DNA of 63,160 nucleotides, the filler included, from Lenisia limosa (lineage: Eukaryota > Protista > Breviatea): assembly GCA_001655205.1 (NCBI GenBank). It is 17 parts of 17 records of this genome, joined end to end, with 100 filler letters (N's around TTAATTAATTAA, not from the genome) between each part and the next. Parts side by side here need not be neighbours in the genome. Positions count along the whole stretch, not along the records: positions 34,816 to 42,668 come from LPNZ01007906.1; positions 42,769 to 46,144 come from LPNZ01007853.1; positions 46,245 to 50,114 come from LPNZ01003310.1; positions 50,215 to 58,770 come from LPNZ01001648.1; 13 more parts are not named here. One strand, given 5' to 3'. The notes below the pieces were generated by a model, which saw only the letters and a program-made list of their open reading frames with translations, was not told where the DNA came from and searched no databases. Shown piece by piece: positions 39,401 to 52,087 of the stretch. The first letter of the stretch is position 1. Each line of letters opens with the position of its first letter. The translations under genes were made by a program, and so were the position numbers.

Positions 39401-42400
39401 CATACGATTTGTTGACATCAAAACCAGATTGTTTGAAACGTAGATTTACATTGGAAATCTATGGCCTGCGTCAACAATTCCACAAATGAGTGTACAGTTT
39501 TCACCTGCGAGAACACTCTCTCCACCTCAGCCTCTGTGACGGTCTCATGGAAAATGGTCATAGTATAATGCGCAAAGGGGCATCCAAGAGTCTCGCGACC
39601 TTCCCAAAATTTCAAAACCTGGGGTGTATAAATTTTATGATGAAGTTAGAACCCACTTGTTCAACATTCAAGGGATGCATAAATGTCCTGCATTTTGACC
39701 CACTCTCTGTAGAATTATTCGAGATCTAATAGAACCACATTCAAAGCCCTCCAAACAAAGAGGAGATTTCTCTTCGCCTTAATCTTCTTCAGTTTATCAG
39801 AAAGCGTCGGTGCAACAAAGACATGGATCAGCAAGCCTTTGGCAATCAATGTCTTCCTTGTTGTGTCCAGGCATTTGAGAGCTAGCTCATTGTTGATCGT
39901 TAGTACCAGTGGCCGACAGAAAATGGGTGATAAAGATAGCATCTTGTTAGAGAAAATACTAACCCCGATGAAGGATAATAGAAGTGTATATGTGCCACCC
40001 GAAATGAAATAGGTCTGTAACTTTCTTGTTAATACCAGAAAAAACAAAAAAAGTCTTGACGGCCCAAAAGCGATTTCAGCATCATAGTCATCAATGATTT
40101 GCTTCTCCTCAACCGACGCATTTTGCTTTCCAACAATCACATAAGCTCGAAGGCGACTTCCATCCGACCTGTAACGTGAAACAAGACGATATATTTTTTG
40201 TCAAAGATCATTATGAATCAACCACTCACATGCCTCCTCCCATCAATTTAGTGGCTCGATTTTCCCCAAAGATTTGGTAAACCCATCACAATTTCCATAC
40301 TTTAAGACTTTGTCATTAAAAGTTTCGTCAGCATTTACTATTAGCAGAGAATTGACATCATATTTTTAATAGTTTTAAAGAGTTCACTAGAATATTGCTG
40401 CAACTTGGCAGGAAGGTCATCGAACATATAAGTGGATTCAACACATCTTGCGGTCTGTGTTAAAACAGTAAAACATACTCCAAATTTGATGTCCATATCC
40501 CTATTTCTTTCCATGAAGCCATCAAACATCTTTCATTGAAATCAGGTACTTTCAAATGCGGCCTAAAGATTTATTAATGATGCCAGAAAACCTTTTCAAT
40601 GATGTCAGATTTGGTAACATCAGCATAATTGAAAAAATCAGTCAAAATATGAGACACCAAATTCAACCCTTCACCATCACTCAAAATTTGTTGTCCTCCA
40701 CTTTATTTGGGTGAAATTCCAGACTCCAACTATAAGTACTTTGAAATAGTCGCTTGACTTAAACCAAAAAGAAAAGAGAGCTTTTGCTGCGAAAACAATT
40801 CACCATTAGGTCCAACAATTGAACTAAAAGTTGATTTGTCTTATTTTATTGTGTACCTTATTAAGATTTAATATTTATATTTCTTTATCACCTTTCAGAC
40901 CAAAGATGAACTCAAATGCTTGAAAGAAGAAACAGAAAAGGCAGTAGAAGTCAGACGAGAGGAAGAAGAACAGAGGCTGGTGCGCCTGGAGGAGGAAGAA
41001 GAAACTCGCCGCATTGCACAGGAAGAAAAGGAAGCCCTTTTACTTGAAATCAAGTTAGAGGAACAGAGAATCGCGGAAGAGGCACTGGAGGAAGAGAGAA
41101 GGAGGATTGAAGAAGAGGAAAGGCTTGAACGGGAGGAAGAATGGAGGAAGGAGGAAGAGCAAAAAAGATTACAAGAGGAAGCACAGAAAAGGAAAGAGGA
41201 AAAGGAGAGAAAGCAGAAAGAGGAAGAAGAAAGGAAACGCCAAGAAGAAGAAGAGAGAAGAAGAAAAGAAGAGATCGAAAGAGCCAAAGAGGAAGAAGAG
41301 AAAAAAAGAAGACAAGAAGAGATGGAGAGAGAAAGAATAAAACTAGAAGAGAAGGAGAGGAAAGAAAAAGAAAGAAAAGAACGGGAACAAAAGAAGGGGG
41401 AAGAGAAGAAGCGACAAGAAGAAGAGGCATTACGAAGGGAGCAAATTGAGTCAATCAGAGCTGAAGCGGAAGAAAACAAAAAGAAGCAAGAAGAAGAGCT
41501 TGCCCGTCTTCGCGATGAAATGCGTGCAAAAGAGGAGAAGTGGCAGCAGGAACGTGAGTTCGTCACCCAGGAGACCCTTGCAAAATCGAGGGCAATTGAA
41601 GAGGAGAAAGCAAGACTGAGGGAAGAGGAGGAAAGAGCCGTACGGGAGGAGGCTGAAAAAGCTGAGAGGCTCAGAAAGGAGAAGGAACAGGCACAGGAGC
41701 AACTCAGGATGGTTGAAGCGGAGAACGAGAGAATCAAAAGGGCACAGGAAGAGGAGTTAAGGAAGGCACGTGGCGATATGGAGGAAAACCAGCGCCGATC
41801 CAGGGAGGAAAGTGCAGCGCTTGGCAAGCAGTATCAAGAAATGATGATGCAATTGCGTGAGCAGCAAGTGTCACGTGATGCGGCCGAGCAGGATGCTCGT
41901 TTGGAGCTCCAGCGAATGGAAGCTGAACGCCAGCGCCAAGAAACTGCGCGTCGTGACGCCATTCGTCTTGCTGATGAGCGTAAATTGCGTGAAGAGGCGG
42001 AAGCGGAGCAGAGGCGAGCCGAAGAAGCAAAACAGCTTGAAATGGCACTGTTGGCGGAAGAGGAGGCTCGAAGGGAGGAAGAGGCCTTGGTAAAGGAAAG
42101 AGAGCAGGAGGCACGTGACCAGATCTTGCGCCAGCGCGAAATGGATTTGATGCGTCGCGAGCAGGACTTGGCGTTTCAGCGAGATGAACTGGAGGCGGAA
42201 ATCGCCGCCGGTACNNNNNNNNNNNNNNNNNNNNNNNNNNNNNNNNNNNNNNNNNNNNNNNNNNNNNNNNNNNNNNNNNNNNNNNNNNNNNNNNNNNNNN
42301 NNNNNNNNNNNNNNNNNNNNNNNNNNNNNNNNNNNNNNNNNNNNNNNNNNNNNNNNNNNNNNNNNNNNNNNNNNNNNNNNNNNNNNNNNGTTGTTCGCAA

Positions 42401-42549
42401 ATGCATTAATCCAACAGGGTTGCTTTGTTTTGGTTGGTTTATTTGTTTTTTTTATTTATAAAGTTGTCCATCTTTACCCTCTCCCAGATGATGAAATTGA
42501 GGAGCCCCAGATCCAGCCGTTGGCTGTTTCTAGTCCTGTTGCTTCCAGA
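36474..42549 (+). CDS. Large E/K/R/Q-rich coiled-coil protein (trichohyalin-like composition)
   Basis: Exons 36474-36614, 36857-38454, 38547-38628, 40899-~42211 and 42489-42549 join in phase across GT-AG introns. They include the 530-aa and 513-aa ORFs in the track. Probable upstream exons near 35222-35317 and 35780-35858. Confidence 0.88.
39420..40830 (-). pseudogene. Decayed DNA-transposase sequence inside intron 38629-40898 (pogo/Tc5-like 5' part, hAT-like 3' part)
   Basis: HTH-like SQQKLSFLFGLSQATISKYL, WFDGFMERN-like segment, LLIVNADET (40322-40345) and SDGSRLRAYVIVGK. These are followed by GGT...SFIGVSI...LIHVFVA...ALNVVLLD and FW...TEAEVERVFSQVKTVH (39490-39615). Many stops and frameshifts. 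Confidence 0.65.
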
Positions 42550-42794
42550 GGTAATAGGAGGGGGGTATGAACTAAGAGTGGGGTATTGAAACTGGAAATG
42601 AGTGTAACTGGAAGTGAGTGTCGGAACTGGAAGTGAGTGTCGGAACTGGTGACAGCTGAAAAACGAGGNNNNNNNNNNNNNNNNNNNNNNNNNNNNNNNN
42701 NNNNNNNNNNNNTTAATTAATTAANNNNNNNNNNNNNNNNNNNNNNNNNNNNNNNNNNNNNNNNNNNNGGGGGGGGGGGGGTTGGTATTATATC

Positions 42795-42871
42795 CAGTGA
42801 CCGGGATATGTCTTGACCTATTTGCTATGTGATCTCTCAGGAATATTGGTCAAGACTTATCCCGGGCACTG
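42795..42871. mobile_element. Family D: ~75-bp Tc1/mariner-type MITE
   Basis: Palindromic CAGTGACCGGGATA(A/T)GTCTTGACC...GGTCAAGACTTATCCCGG(G/T)CACTG. TA flanks in copies 11883-11957, 15459-15536 and 27537-27601. Other copies at 10524-10561, 27881-27900 and 35083-35158. Confidence 0.85.
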
Positions 42872-43070
42872 TATATGAAAAGTCTAGGAAATCAAGTAAA
42901 TATACATAGGGCTACCATAGGGAATATTATTATACTTCCGCGCCCGCGCTACACGCTCCTTGGCGTACGTCCCCCTCCCTGAAAATACCTTCTCTTTCTT
43001 CTGATCGAAAAAGCCACAATATTTATAAAATCCCCCCCTTTGTTCTTTTCGAAATTTTTAATAGTTGCAG

Positions 43071-44902
43071 GGAAAGCAGAAGCAGCAGAAGCGGACCAAC
43101 ACCTTCTTCGAGTTCTGTAACGCCACCAAGGTACCCGGGGGTATTTGTGCTCCCCGGGAGTATTTGGTGATAAAAGGGGGGGGGGNNNNNNNNNNNNNNN
43201 NNNNNNNNNNNNNNNNNNNNNNNNNNNNNNNNNNNNNNNNNNNNNNNNNNNNNNNNNNNNNNNNNNNNNNNNNNNNNNNNNNNNNNGGGCTTTTTTGTTG
43301 ATTAAATTTTCCAATTTACCCCCCCCCCCAGGGCACGCTGTTCTGCACGGACGTAGCTGCGAGAGGTCTTGATATCCCCGATGTTGATTGGATCATCCAG
43401 TACGACCCTCCTGATGACCCCAGGGTGCGGCGCTTTTTATTCTGATAAGGGGACTAATTTTTTCTCCTTTTCCAAACATCAAACAATCAATTCGCCCTTC
43501 TTTTTCTCCTCTTATCCAGCTTTTCTTCTTTTCCTACCATATTAGTAATTTACCCACCTTTGTCTTGAGTTACCGAATTCACCGCTCTTTACTTGCTGTA
43601 TTAGGAGTGCACCATTTTCTTTACTTACCATATGTTAGGAATACATCCATCGTGTCGGCCGTACCGCTCGTGCCGGCGGCAAGGGTCGCGCCCTTCTTTT
43701 CCTCCTTCCCGAAGAAATGAACTTCCTCAAATATCTCTACAAAGTTGGGGATTTGATTTTTTGAAAATTTTATCGTATCTTTTCATATCATATATACCAT
43801 ATAGGAGTAATATGTAGAGCTCCGTGCAGTTTATTGAACAAATAATTGCAAAATTTGAAGTGCGACACATTGTAATGTCAACTCCATTTGAGACACTTTA
43901 CTTTCAAATTTTGTCAATTTAGTTCTTCAAAAAATTAATTGCACGAAGCCCTAGTAATATGATTATGTGTCATGTTGAAGCAGTTAAAGCTGCGCGCTTT
44001 CTGGAATTCTTATTCTGTAGTACAAGGTCACTCTGAATGAATACGAGTTCGGGAGGGAAAAGCTCATCAACGTCCAAGCCCAGGTGGCGGGGGGTGTAGT
44101 TAGAGCTTCACTTCGGCTCGAAAAAAGACGGAATTTCTCGATAACTCCTCGAAAACTATCGATATTTTACCGGTCTTTTTCGAACCGAATCGAAGCCCTA
44201 TGTATGGTAGTGGGATTGAAGTAGAGCTTCACTTCGGTTCGGAAAATACCGACAATATCGATATTTATGGAAGATTTATCGAGAAAGTCAGTTGTTTTTC
44301 GAACCAAAATGAACTTAGATGGAAGGTTGTCTGAAGTGTTATTAGCCAACAGAGTTGACTTGGGCTTTTTTGTTTCATAAATTTTCCAATTTTACCCCCC
44401 CCCCCCTCAGTTGGAGAAGCTGGTTGACACAACACACTACCTCTACACCTCAGCCAAGGAAGGAATGAGATCGTATCTTCAGGCCTACTCCACCCACCAG
44501 CTGAAGGTCAGGCTTACACCACGATTCATCTTGCGATTCTTATGAAGAAACCTTTTTTTTTATATAATATTATATAATATCCATTCTTCCACCCTTCTTT
44601 CTATTCCCTTCCGACTACCCCCCTCTCACTGGTTCGTAATATTTGATACGTTGTGTTTCCGTCTTTTTTTTTAGCAAATCAAAAACACTATTTCACGAGT
44701 TGATCCCGGTTTACTTGGTTTTCATTTGTTTTTTTTTTGTTTGGAGTTTCAGATTATTCGGTTCGTGATTCTTCATCAATATTTCCTTCGCCCCTTCTAA
44801 ACCCCCTAGGATGTCTTCAACGTACACCTGCTGAGCCACGCCCGCGTAGCCCGAGCTTTCGGCTTCCAGCGCCCTCCAAAGATCCAACTTCGCAACCTCT
44901 AG
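43071..44902 (+). CDS. DDX18: DEAD-box RNA helicase DDX18/HAS1, C-terminal half
   Basis: Exons 43071-43130, 43332-43424, 43639-43743, 44021-44083, 44411-44506 and 44810-44902 give [64 protein letters not shown]...[10 protein letters not shown]...[38 protein letters not shown]...[15 protein letters not shown]. Confidence 0.97.
43815..43953. mobile_element. Family F: ~140-bp hAT-type MITE
   Basis: TAGAGCTCCGTGCA...TGCACGAAGCCCTA with a perfect 8-bp TSD GTAATATG. Second copy at 16601-16738; partial copies near 1800-1835, 53425-53500, 55160-55188 and 55580-55690. Confidence 0.88.
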
Positions 44903-45905
44903 GTCTCTTTCGTCATTTATTTTCATCATGGTTTCTTATGGGCAAGAAATTTTTACTCATGGGGGCTCACAGATAGGGGGAGTCAAGGGTAGCGCAATAT
45001 TTTTGACTTTTGTGGATGAGCAGCCGCACTTTTGTTGGTAAAAGAGTAGAGATAGTCTTCCATTCTTGATTTCCCCTGAGGAATTTCATTGCTGCTAGGA
45101 GTATGTAGAGAGGAGAAATAAAACGGTGGTACCATCTACAAGGGTTCTGAAATTCGCTCCAATTCCACTCCAATTCCAGTCACATTGTTTTTGGTTATAG
45201 GGAGAACATAGTAATAAATTTTGAAGTATCTGATTGTCTGAATAGGGAGTCTGCAAAACAGGGTTATTTTGAAAGGGAAACAAAAAAATAATAATAAAAA
45301 AATCCGTATTTTTCCCTGGGCGCTAAACCAACTATTTCACCGCAAGTCATTCGTTCCTCTCTTTGCGTAATGTGCGGCTCTCGTGCTCAAAAGAGGAATA
45401 TGTCATGTTTTTCCACACCTTTTCGGAAAAACCCATCATATTTTCTCGCCAGCATGAGTCGTGATTCTACTCATCAAGCCGAGGTTTGCAATGTTCTTGG
45501 CTAATCCCTTGAGCAAATTCGCTTAACCTGACTCATTTTGTCAAAACGAGTAAGATTTCATTAAAATTCCCCAAAAAAATTATCTATGTTGTTGTACTAT
45601 GTGTTTTATAATGGTTTTAGGACCTTCATCCCTCAAGATAGTTGCTCATTTTTTATCGTTCTCTGTGGAAACTGTGAAACTAGCGGATTTCTTTTGCACC
45701 CCAGACACTCCGATCCCACTGGTGTCTCATACATTCAAGATTTATCGCAAGCGCCGCCACCAAGGAGCTCAGGGTGCACCCCAGAGACAAGCAGTAATGA
45801 ACTACCTGACTTGAAATCATTAAAAACCGTTATTTTTTAACCATATTGCCAAATTATAATTCACAGAGAATCCCCGATTCCACTAAAGCAACATACATCA
45901 TCACC

Positions 45906-46024
45906 TTAGACAAGCTTCTTAGACCTGAAGAAGCGACGAAGGTAAATGAACTGCCAGGCGCCTGAGGCAAGTACAAAGACCATGGAGATGATACTCAGCA
46001 TCATAACGCGGAAGTTGGTGGATT
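45906..46024 (-). CDS. TMED10: p24/emp24 cargo receptor (TMED10-like), last exon
   Basis: ESTNFRVMMLSIISMVFVLASGAWQFIYLRRFFRSKKLV*, with the family ESTN.RV, TM helix and YLRRFF..KKL motifs. Confidence 0.9.
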
Positions 46025-46426
46025 CTGCGGGGGGAGGGTGAAAAAAAAAACAAGAACATTCGGAAATAAGGAAGCCCACAGTTAACTGTGTTGGCTAACA
46101 ACACAAAAGGGTTGAAAAAATAACAAACAAAATGCCAGTTGCTTNNNNNNNNNNNNNNNNNNNNNNNNNNNNNNNNNNNNNNNNNNNNTTAATTAATTAA
46201 NNNNNNNNNNNNNNNNNNNNNNNNNNNNNNNNNNNNNNNNNNNNATAATATACTTTTATAATTTACAGTGAGATAAGTAATGGTACCACAATAGGGCAAA
46301 TCTGGACTTTGTGCAAAATATCTTTTACACATCTAAACAGGGACTTCCCAACTTGAATATCTTTGCACTTCACCTTGATAATTCTGGATAGCGACGGTTC
46401 AATTTTCTAAAAATTTGACGTTGTAG

Positions 46427-48660
46427 TTCAAAGCTACTCCAATGTCGCTAGTGAAATTCTCCCAAATGGAGTTGTGATGGATGCGTCCTCCTTTGCTGAA
46501 GATCTGACCGTCAAGGTGAGTAACGATTAACTTGCGATAAAGAGGAAAAGTCTGATTCGTCTTTGGATATTGATTTTGCCCAGATGTCGCCCATCCACCC
46601 ACTTGGCCCGAAGGTTACGAGTACTCTTGCGGCGCACTCCACCCACACTGTTGAGGTTGAACCTTGTTCTGTTAGCGCTATTCAAGTGGGAAGCCTATCA
46701 GTTATTCATCTGATTTATTATTATCAAGCCATTCCTTGGTCTTGTTCTTATGTTATACACTGTTTAGGTTTGCAACTTAGCAACTTGTGGCTCACCTGAG
46801 GTGCACACCACTCCCGCCCCTGGTAGGCCTAAGTTATACTGTTTTACTTTTTGAGTGATTGGGCACTTAATATTTATATTTATTGAGTATTAATCACAAC
46901 GGCATACCTCATATAGAGGGTAAAACAAAGGAAATATAGAATACGAGTTTGTGATGGAATTAAGTATAGCATATAAAAATGGCAGTTTGATGGCATTTTG
47001 AAAGCTGTGGATTTGGTGATTGGTATTATGTGTCTGCAATTCCAACTCTCTGGCACCTCTTGAATCTGTGGCACAAGACGGATTTAGGAGGCCCTACCTG
47101 GGTTATGATGTAGGAGATTTTGTCTATTCATGAATCTAATCCTTTTAGGTATGTTGGGGAGGCACGCAGAAAGCTGTGTACACAGAGTTGTTAGGCAAAT
47201 GATTGGAATACTATAATTCAATATCTATATCTCTTATAAATATTTCCTTGTTTTATTTCCCATCTTTACCAATTATTTTTGATATTATGTTATGTAGCTA
47301 TACTACTTAAGGCTTCTCTGTGGTCCAAAAAAACTGGTAGAATATCGATTTTTTTCGAGGATTTATCGAGAAATTCAGTCTTTTTGGGACCGAAGGGAAG
47401 CCCCAAATACTACATATCATATGAGATTCTTTACTGGTAGTATATGATCTACATATGATGTAAGGTAAGAGCTTGTCTCGATGATTGAGCAGCTCTTTTC
47501 TTAACAATTTGCAGGGATGGTTGCATTGGAAACATCACAGTTCAATGACATCACGAAGACAATCCATTTTAATTCATCTTGGACTGCTCAGGTTTGCTAA
47601 AGCTGTTATTGAATTTTTCTTTGCCACGGTGAAATTGCTCCTCATAATTCCAATAACCCGCTTCAGTTTCACTACAAGCCTGGAACTGTTAAATCTGGAG
47701 TCTACCGCCACCTTTTTTCTGTTCAAAAAGTTAATAAAACTCCTAGTATGCTACTTGGTCATCTTCTGTATTATGAATGGCAGTTTTCACTTACATTTCA
47801 GCCACCTATGACTTCTTTATTCGCGATAATGAAGCCTACCCTGTACGGGGGTGTTGATAATTATCAAGATATCACTTTTTTTATCACCATGATGACACTG
47901 ATTGCACACTGCTTTGTTTTGATTCACACCCGTTTAGAACGCTGAACTGTTCATCATGAACAGTTTCAAGTTTGAAGGAATGCAATTCGGTATGTCTTCG
48001 TCCAAAGGCTACTGCCCAATCTTAGCTGTGCGAGTTTGTTAACCATTCAGCTACTGGGGTTTGGAACGATATTATTGTATCCTACAACCACGTGTCTGGA
48101 GAAGTCACTCTATACGTGAATGGAGCCACTGCCTCAGTGGTGGCTACCGAAGATATCTTCTCTGAGGGTGACTATGTGAGTGACCTTTTGGTATACCGCA
48201 TGACCCCCCTAGATGTTCAATATTGGAGGACATTTCAGTTCTTCAACGTACCAAGGGTTGAGTCATTCAATGGGTGCTGGCCACGCCTTTAACTTTGTGG
48301 GGGGGGGGGTTGTTTGACAGTTTTTGTTTCGCAAAATTGACAACCAACAGTTCCGAGTGTTTGATGGGGCCACCACGGACTTTGCAGCTCTGGTCGCCGC
48401 ACCACACCACCACCCGTTGACCAAGGTCGGTTTGCTTCTCCACCATTCCTTCATTCACCCCTTCGAGTTAAACAGTTATCTTGTAAAACTGTTGCAATGT
48501 TGCCGTTATTTCTAATTTGGTGCACAAAGTTACCTCTTACACCCCTTCCCCAGGTTCCAGCAGGTTCAGGAGTAAATGCCTTGAATTATGAGTTTTTCAT
48601 GAACCATCTTTCAGTAGCATCCTTTGGCAACTACTTCAGGCTAGGGTACAGCTATGATGA
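46427..48660 (+). CDS. Multi-exon protein with a LamG/concanavalin A-like domain
   Basis: Exons include TGVWNDIIVSYNHVSGEVTLYVNGATASVVATEDIFSEGDY, MFNIGGHFSSSTYQGLSHSMGAGHAFNF and FRVFDGATTDF (LamG-like W.H..Y..G..LYVNG / IGG / FRV.D pattern). Further exons probably continue to ~49975. Confidence 0.65.
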
Positions 48661-50214
48661 GTGTAATGTTTAGTTTCTCTGTAGTTGTCTTGAATGATAT
48701 CATATTATATATTATTTTTTCGTCATAGTTTCAAACGACCTTCATTCACATCAAAACACAGTATTAGTTCTCAAGCAAATCTTCAACCTGAGGGATAAAT
48801 GGGAATGGAAATTTTACCAGTTTACAATCGAATAGGGTGGACATACCTTCTCCTCTTTCATTGGTGTGTATTTGGTCCGGCCGCGACCCTTGACTTCTTC
48901 ACCATGTTTTCTTGAGCGTAAAGCATGATAATGTTAGCTCTGTTGCATGCAATACAAAAGTTTACAGCAAGTACGACCCCCCCCCCCCCCNNNNNNNNNN
49001 NNNNNNNNNNNNNNNNNNNNNNNNNNNNNNNNNNNNNNNNNNNNNNNNNNNNNNNNNNNNNNNNNNNNNNNNNNNNNNNNNNNGCTCATTCCTATCCCTG
49101 CTGTTGTCTCTTCTGTCACGACGGACTGACTTGTTACAATTGCCAAAATATGACAGAAGATGATTTGTTAAAAAAGCCAACAGATGACAGATCAAGAAGG
49201 GTGACGTAACTCACCCTCTCTACGCCCTTGGCCCCTGTTATCTCTTTGGAAGCCTCCTTTATGGGGTGCTGACATTGTTAAGAGAATCTATCAACAACAC
49301 AAACATGATGCCAACCTCTCTCGTGACTTGTTCTGTTGTAAGAGTCGCGATTACGATTGACTTCGAGGACTGCAAAATGACAACAGTAGCACTGTATTTG
49401 TATAGTCTTATATAATATCTTTATTGATGGTAATTTGCCATTTTTGTTTCAGTACGTCATCCCCCACCCCCCCACATTTGTTGTAATAAGAGAACTTCTT
49501 TTTTGTTGATCCGGTACCAAGAGTGAGCTTCACATCGCCCATTGTAGCTTGACGCATCTGAATGGTCAGCGTGGTCATTAATATATCAAAATCACCCCCT
49601 TTCTGACCAATAGTTGAGAAAGAGACTTCTCATTGTCAACAAGTGGTTTTGAAATGTACCAAACACCCTCGATCACTAAAAAGGAACGTGAGGAACAAGT
49701 TGTTCACGAACGGAAGTTCAAGTTTAATTTATATCATATACTCTAAATAAATAATACTACCGAGATAAATTTTAGTTTGTAATACACTCATCCTGCTTTT
49801 ATATTTTTATCATATTATTACTCGCTATCAACTCAATACCACGCACTTGAAGCTTCTTCGGGCTTCCTCGCACTAAACAGTAAAAAGGTAATATTTATAT
49901 TTCAGGCAATACTTACCGGAAGAAGGACATCTACGACAACCTTACCTTGACTTGCCACGGTAAACTGGCTCTGTAGGGGCAACAGGAATCGTTAGTTTCA
50001 TGGCTAGTACAGGGTTAGAATTGCTCTTATTTCAAAACGCTCTTTCTTTACATAATATAGTATAATACAAATGTACATAGCTAAAAACATGTATTATATA
50101 TATATATATATCTANNNNNNNNNNNNNNNNNNNNNNNNNNNNNNNNNNNNNNNNNNNNTTAATTAATTAANNNNNNNNNNNNNNNNNNNNNNNNNNNNNN
50201 NNNNNNNNNNNNNN

Positions 50215-50412
50215 CATCACCATCATCATCATCCACTATCATCCACTATCATTATCATCATCATCATTACCACCATCATCATCATTATACACATCATCAT
50301 CATCATCATCATCATCATCCACTATCATTATCATCATCATCATTACCATCATCATCATCATCATCACCATCACCATCGTCATCTACTATCATTATCTTAT
50401 TCGTCATCATTA
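50215..50412. repeat. (CAT)n-type microsatellite
   Basis: About 200 bp of imperfect CAT/CAC/TAT triplets at a contig start. Confidence 0.95.
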
Positions 50413-51289
50413 TGACACCATTAGATACGGGAGCATCAACTTCGATCTGAATTTGCCAAGTTTGCCATACCCGCCTACCCCCAATCGTGAGTGAAAATTT
50501 GGTCGTTTTCCACTTTTTTTTTCTTCCGGTTTTTCTTTTAAAAAGCCTTATTTTTTTTCAAAAAATTGTCTTGCTTTTTCGATAAACAGATATTCTCCTG
50601 GACATTTCCAGACCATCCTCAAATTGTAACACCCCAGGCAAGACCCCATGTCGTTTACCAGCCATGCGGTACCCCCAAAACCCCTCAAGTTTGTGGTGAC
50701 GTTAAATTTTGGATTTTTTTATTATTGTTATGATATTTTTTTATGGTTTCTCTTCATTATTATAACATTACTATTGCAACTGCAGACATTTGTTAAAATA
50801 CTACCCTGTTTTTAGACAACCATAATAAAATGTCTTGTGAAAATAGGCATCTTAGTTGGCTCATAAAAATAAGCATCTATTTGCCTCATAAATATATGCA
50901 TTAAAGCTTCTGAATTTCTCGATAAATCATCCGAAGTGAAGCCATAATAGGCATCCAATGGAGTCATCTGGTTTTGACCCCCTAGTTTTTTAGTTTTTTT
51001 TCAGTTTTTTTTTTTCAATTTTACTCCGCCAGTGTATCAGACCTGAAAGTGGCCCCGCCGGTATTCAAAACCTCGCACCCGGCTCCACTCCGCTCTGTTT
51101 TTAGGCGGTAACCGTCACCCCTCCCTCCCCTCTTCTATCCCAAAAAACCCGTTACTCTAGGTAAGCTATGATGGGATGCGGTGTCGCAGTCGACTGGTCT
51201 GGGCTTTGTTTGTTTTCTTGTTATTGTCCAATTTTAATCCTCAGGTTAAAATCCACATATCGTCAAACGATGGCGGTGAACTACTGAAG
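50412..51289 (+). CDS. Unassigned small exons
   Basis: Several GT/GC-AG bounded blocks (e.g. 50662-50700, 51033-51107 and the exon starting 51245). The reading frame is not uniquely resolved. Confidence 0.3.
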
Positions 51290-51771
51290 GTATTTGTACA
51301 TTAGTATTAGTTGTAGTAGTTGTGTTTTTTTTTTGTTTTGTAGGTTAATGTGAATGTTCGCTTTGTTATTGAAATTGTACTATTACAAGGAGGGGATAGG
51401 TCAAATCTCAAATTAGTTTATTTTCATCAATATCTCTTATACGCGACTCTTGAAAAAAGTCCTAGTGATTCATGGGTCTTTGGGTCTTTGGGTAAGTTTT
51501 GACCTATCTTTTGAAGGAAAATCACTGTATGATAAAGGGAAAGGGTAGAGACGTAGTATTTGACACCTGTGATGTTCAGATCTACCATTTATCAAATCAA
51601 GAATCATCAAACCCATCAACAAGATTCAGAGTGGTAACAATAAAACCGGAAATACAGAACACAACTCCGATCAATGCTAGGATAGGGCTGAGAGAATGCT
51701 GGAGCGGTTAGTCAGAGATTACATCAGGACGCATAATATCTAGGAAACTATATTACAAAGAACGATTACAA

Positions 51772-51917
51772 CACTGCGGCGCATGGACTTGGGATTCCCT
51801 AATGTTATTTGTGAATCCCGTGGATTTCTTCGGATTTCTGTAAAATTCCATGGGATTCCCATGTAAAACTTGGGAATTCCAACGTGTTCAAGAATCCTAA
51901 GTCAATGCGCAGTAGTG
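51772..51917. mobile_element. Small foldback element with CACT(A/G) termini (CACTA/EnSpm-like MITE)
   Basis: CACTGCGGCGCATGGACTTGGGATTC...GAATCCTAAGTCAATGCGCAGTAGTG. A related copy starts CACTACTGTGCAATGACTTGGG at 52263. The TSD is not clean. Confidence 0.6.
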
Positions 51918-52087
51918 CAGTACGAACTTGTCTTACCAACATGAACTTGCTTTACCATTTTTTCAAATCAATTATTCCTAACAACAGTTCAAAATAGAAA
52001 CCTTTTACACAGAGATATTTTATGTTTTTGTAACTTTGGAAAAAATATTTAAAAATTTGAAAAAAAATACCCACAAACTTTTTTCCC

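Noticed and set aside
40895-42114. Long minus-strand ORFs (310 aa, 134 aa, 126 aa)
   Set aside because: They are antisense shadows of the purine-rich coiled-coil exon.
47592-47668. Apparent GT-AC 36-nt intron in the LamG gene
   Set aside because: A canonical in-phase AG exists slightly downstream (CGCTTCAG|TTTCAC), so no non-canonical site is needed.
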